Positions 61,549-64,000 of a stretch of 64,000 nt of DNA are shown piece by piece. The notes beneath the pieces were generated by a model. The model saw only the letters and a program-made list of their open reading frames with translations. It was not told where the DNA came from and did not search any database. Location: positions 8,294-72,293 of the forward strand of contig JBLIKX010000001.1 of NCBI GenBank assembly GCA_047637555.1, read 5' to 3'. Made by a program: the position numbers and the translations under genes. The stretch comes from Crocinitomicaceae bacterium (GTDB lineage Bacteria; Patescibacteriota; Minisyncoccia; Phycocordibacterales; UBA1006). Numbering within the stretch: the stretch's first letter is position 1; the number at the start of each line of letters is the position of its first letter.

Positions 61549-62724
61549 TTGCCCTATAGTGCTATGTCAAAAAAAATTACTACAAAAAAAAATACCATCA
61601 TTTTCGATATAGATAGTTCATCAATTGGAGCTGCATTAGTTCAATATGGTTATACTGTAAACAAAAAAAATATTTCAACTATTGAGCTGTGTTCTGTTCG
61701 TAAGAATATTACTGGTGGCAATAAATATTCATTTGAAGAATTTTTTAAGAGAACAGCGAGAACTTTAGATGAAGTTGCTCAAGAAATTTATCTCCAATCA
61801 CTCGTACCATTAGACGAAATAGTTATTAATGTCGCTGTTCCTTGGTCGAGTTCACAAAAAAGGAACCTAGTGTATTCTTCAAAAAAAGCTTTTCTTTTTA
61901 CTCATGAGTTATCTACAAAACTTATTCACCAGGATTCTGAACTTTCTTTTGATATAAATATCGACTATGCGGGACATGATGTTGAATTAATACAAAGAAA
62001 AAATCTAGAAGTATATGGAAACGGATACCCTATGAGAAATCCAATAGGTAAAGAAGTCTCAGATATTGAGATACATTTTCTTACATCAGTAATGTCTTCA
62101 GGTACTAAAAATATTTTTACTGACATCATTGAAAGAGTATTTCATAGAACTCCGCGATTTATATCGAACACTTTTGTTCAATATCAGGAACTACGTGTAC
62201 TTTTGCCTCATGTTGATAATGCGGTAATCGTTGATATCAGTGGTGAGGTAACTGAAATGATTGTTGTTAAGGAAGATAATCTATTACATATTGGATCTAT
62301 TCCTGTTGGAACGCAGGGCATCATTCGTCATTTATCTGATGAATTACATATATCTCCCGCAAAAGCACGTACTCTTGTAGATTTATACAAAAACACAGGT
62401 CTTGGTGTTGAATCAAAAGAAACTCAAAATGCTATCAAAAAATCATTTAGGTATTGGTTCAGAGAATTTTATACCCTGCTTGATGACTACAGCAAGCAAG
62501 GACTCCTCCCTCATGTTTTGATCGTTAATGCTCATAATGAAGTTAGGTCGTGGTTTGAAGAATTACTCATGGCAGAGGATTCCCTCAGAGAACATATGCA
62601 TACACAGGGACGAATCGAACTTCTTCATATTCCAATACGAAGTTCTGATGCGAATACTACACACGCTTTTTTGGATCCAGCTCTGGGTATTATTGCTGCG
62701 TATATTGAGCAAGAAACAAAATAA
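61549..62724 (+). CDS. actin-like ATPase-fold protein, PilM/FtsA-like (putative pilus assembly)
   Basis: N-terminal 'TIIFDIDSSSIGAALVQ' resembles the PilM/FtsA phosphate-1 motif ('lGlDIGsssIK.v.l'). Second-half 'VDISGEVTEMIVV' resembles the phosphate-2 motif. No strong family match. Confidence 0.35.
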   Translation: MPYSAMSKKITTKKNTIIFDIDSSSIGAALVQYGYTVNKKNISTIELCSVRKNITGGNKYSFEEFFKRTARTLDEVAQEIYLQSLVPLDEIVINVAVPWSSSQKRNLVYSSKKAFLFTHELSTKLIHQDSELSFDINIDYAGHDVELIQRKNLEVYGNGYPMRNPIGKEVSDIEIHFLTSVMSSGTKNIFTDIIERVFHRTPRFISNTFVQYQELRVLLPHVDNAVIVDISGEVTEMIVVKEDNLLHIGSIPVGTQGIIRHLSDELHISPAKARTLVDLYKNTGLGVESKETQNAIKKSFRYWFREFYTLLDDYSKQGLLPHVLIVNAHNEVRSWFEELLMAEDSLREHMHTQGRIELLHIPIRSSDANTTHAFLDPALGIIAAYIEQETK

Positions 62725-62729
62725 AAAGT

Positions 62730-64000
62730 ATGAAAAAATCTGGTCGAAAAAAAAATATAGATGGCATTTCATTGCGAAAAAAAAGAACGAGAGCAACTCG
62801 TTCTTTTCATAAAGCAAAGCCGGCTGTAAAAATACCTCTTAATGTATCTACAAAACCAATTACTCGAAGAAGAGATTTAAATATAAAACTCTTCTCTCGC
62901 AAGGAATTACTAAAAAACACACCTCTATATATTTCAAAAGAAGTACTCCCTAGAAGAAACAGGCAGATAAAGAAAAAAATTATTCACACTATTGACAAGG
63001 TTTTCAATCATAAAATCACTTCTTTATTTATTAAGATAATTATTGTGGTTGCTGCTATTTTCATTTTTTTTAATAATCGAGACAGAACTACAATGACCGT
63101 TCGGCCACATTATCAGTACCTTGAGTTATCAGAGTTAATTAAGGTATATAAAAACCCAAAGGAAGGAGATTTAGGTTTTGATATCATTGCTATAACTGAA
63201 GAGGTAACATCTTCGGTAATAGCAGACGAAGAACGCCCAATGCTGGTTAAATCTTCAGGCGAAATAATTATTTATAATAATTATAGTACAGAACCTCAAC
63301 GATTGATTCCTGAGACGCGCTTCAAAACGGCGGGAGGAAAGATTTTTTTCTTAGGAAAGGAAGAAGTAATTATCCCTGGTAAGGTAGGTGATAACATAGG
63401 TAGTACTACGGCTATTGTATATGCAGAAAAAGCAGGGGAACAATATAATATAGATACTACCGATTTTAGCGTTCCAGGTTTTAAGGAGTCTGGATTGATT
63501 GATAAGTATAATGGAATATATGCAGTCTCTACACAAATGATGGAAGGGGGGTTCATTGGGAGTGAAGCATATGTTTCTGAAAATGAACGTTTAAAGGCAG
63601 AACAAGCATTAAGCATAGATCTTGTTGATCGACTCCGCAGTAGACTTAATAGGGAAAAAACAGAGAATACTTTCTTAGTAGAGGGGAGTGAAAAGTATAG
63701 GTTTAAAGAGTCAGAATACCTTTCAGATGCTCTTGGTTCTGCGGGTGTATTATCCCAACGGGGAACTATTCTCGCTATTGTTGTAGGTAATAAATTCCTA
63801 GGTGAATACATTGCAGATAATTATTTTGAAATAAGTGATACTGAAAGTGTTAAGATGTTACAGTATGATGATGCACGCTTAACACTCAATAATAATACTT
63901 TTGATTTTGAGAATAGTGATATTGCCGAAATTAATGTTTCAGGTTCACTTCTTTATGTATGGAACATTAATAAAGAGTCATTAGCAAATAACATAACAAA
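62730..64000 (+). CDS. bitopic membrane protein, 3'-partial (PilN-like topology); not in the supplied ORF track
   Basis: Hand translation from the ATG at 62730 (frame 0) is open to the window edge. It gives a basic roughly 85-aa N-terminus, one TM ('ITSLFIKIIIVVAAIFIFF'), then an extracytoplasmic domain. It overlaps, and so invalidates, the antisense ORF 63296..63811. Confidence 0.5.
   Translation, partial: MKKSGRKKNIDGISLRKKRTRATRSFHKAKPAVKIPLNVSTKPITRRRDLNIKLFSRKELLKNTPLYISKEVLPRRNRQIKKKIIHTIDKVFNHKITSLFIKIIIVVAAIFIFFNNRDRTTMTVRPHYQYLELSELIKVYKNPKEGDLGFDIIAITEEVTSSVIADEERPMLVKSSGEIIIYNNYSTEPQRLIPETRFKTAGGKIFFLGKEEVIIPGKVGDNIGSTTAIVYAEKAGEQYNIDTTDFSVPGFKESGLIDKYNGIYAVSTQMMEGGFIGSEAYVSENERLKAEQALSIDLVDRLRSRLNREKTENTFLVEGSEKYRFKESEYLSDALGSAGVLSQRGTILAIVVGNKFLGEYIADNYFEISDTESVKMLQYDDARLTLNNNTFDFENSDIAEINVSGSLLYVWNINKESLANNIT

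Noticed and set aside
63296-63811. 171-aa minus-strand ORF.
   Set aside because: It lies antisense inside the long plus-strand ORF 62730..>64000, which has a coherent TM-plus-domain architecture.

Overview
This is an AT-rich, compact, mostly housekeeping region with many short proteins, tight or overlapping gene junctions, and little or no Shine-Dalgarno usage. That pattern suggests a reduced-genome, CPR/Patescibacteria-like bacterium using the standard genetic code (TAA/TAG/TGA all terminate well-conserved genes). Core gene blocks are: non-oxidative pentose-phosphate and glycolysis genes (rpiB, an rpe-like gene, a split transketolase, a PfkB kinase, class II fba); fmt-def; hisS-lepB; trmD; a colinear rpoB-rpoC-dnaG-rpoD block; rpsB-tsf; proS; mreB-mreC; tgt; rpmA; uvrB and uvrA; mltG; mnmA; mgtC; alaS. 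Non-coding features found by eye: a minus-strand RNase P RNA (rnpB, about 20041..20364) with P1, P4, CR-II and CR-III recognisable; an intact tRNA-Thr(UGU) at 37094..37166 on the minus strand; a truncated tRNA-Thr(GGU)-like 5' half convergent with rnpB; several rho-independent terminators; and a sigma70-like promoter upstream of rpoB. Unusual items: (1) three perfect and one partial tandem copies of a 47-bp unit between hisS and def, each encoding a 16-aa mini-ORF whose stop overlaps the next start (ATGA); (2) two decayed type IV pilin-like genes with in-frame stops, one of them inside the def-fmt spacer; (3) a split transketolase with a coiled-coil ORF wedged between the halves; (4) a DnaG whose zinc-ribbon ligands are largely replaced; (5) a protein combining a sigma-70 region-4-like HTH with a HARE-HTH-like domain, next to a 402-aa membrane-anchored unknown; (6) an AT-rich islet carrying a Pif1/RecD-like helicase between rnpB/trmD and rpoB; (7) a concentration of thiol-disulfide proteins (DCC, Bcp, two tandem glutaredoxin-like paralogs, an extracytoplasmic thioredoxin-like protein next to a processive GT2); (8) an rpoB leader containing the only strong SD in the window in front of a 7-codon mini-ORF, a repeated 14-mer, and a perfect hairpin abutting the start codon; (9) a PilM-like/bitopic membrane protein pair at the 3' edge, whose second member is a long ORF missing from the supplied track. 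No CRISPR array, integrase or transposase was seen.
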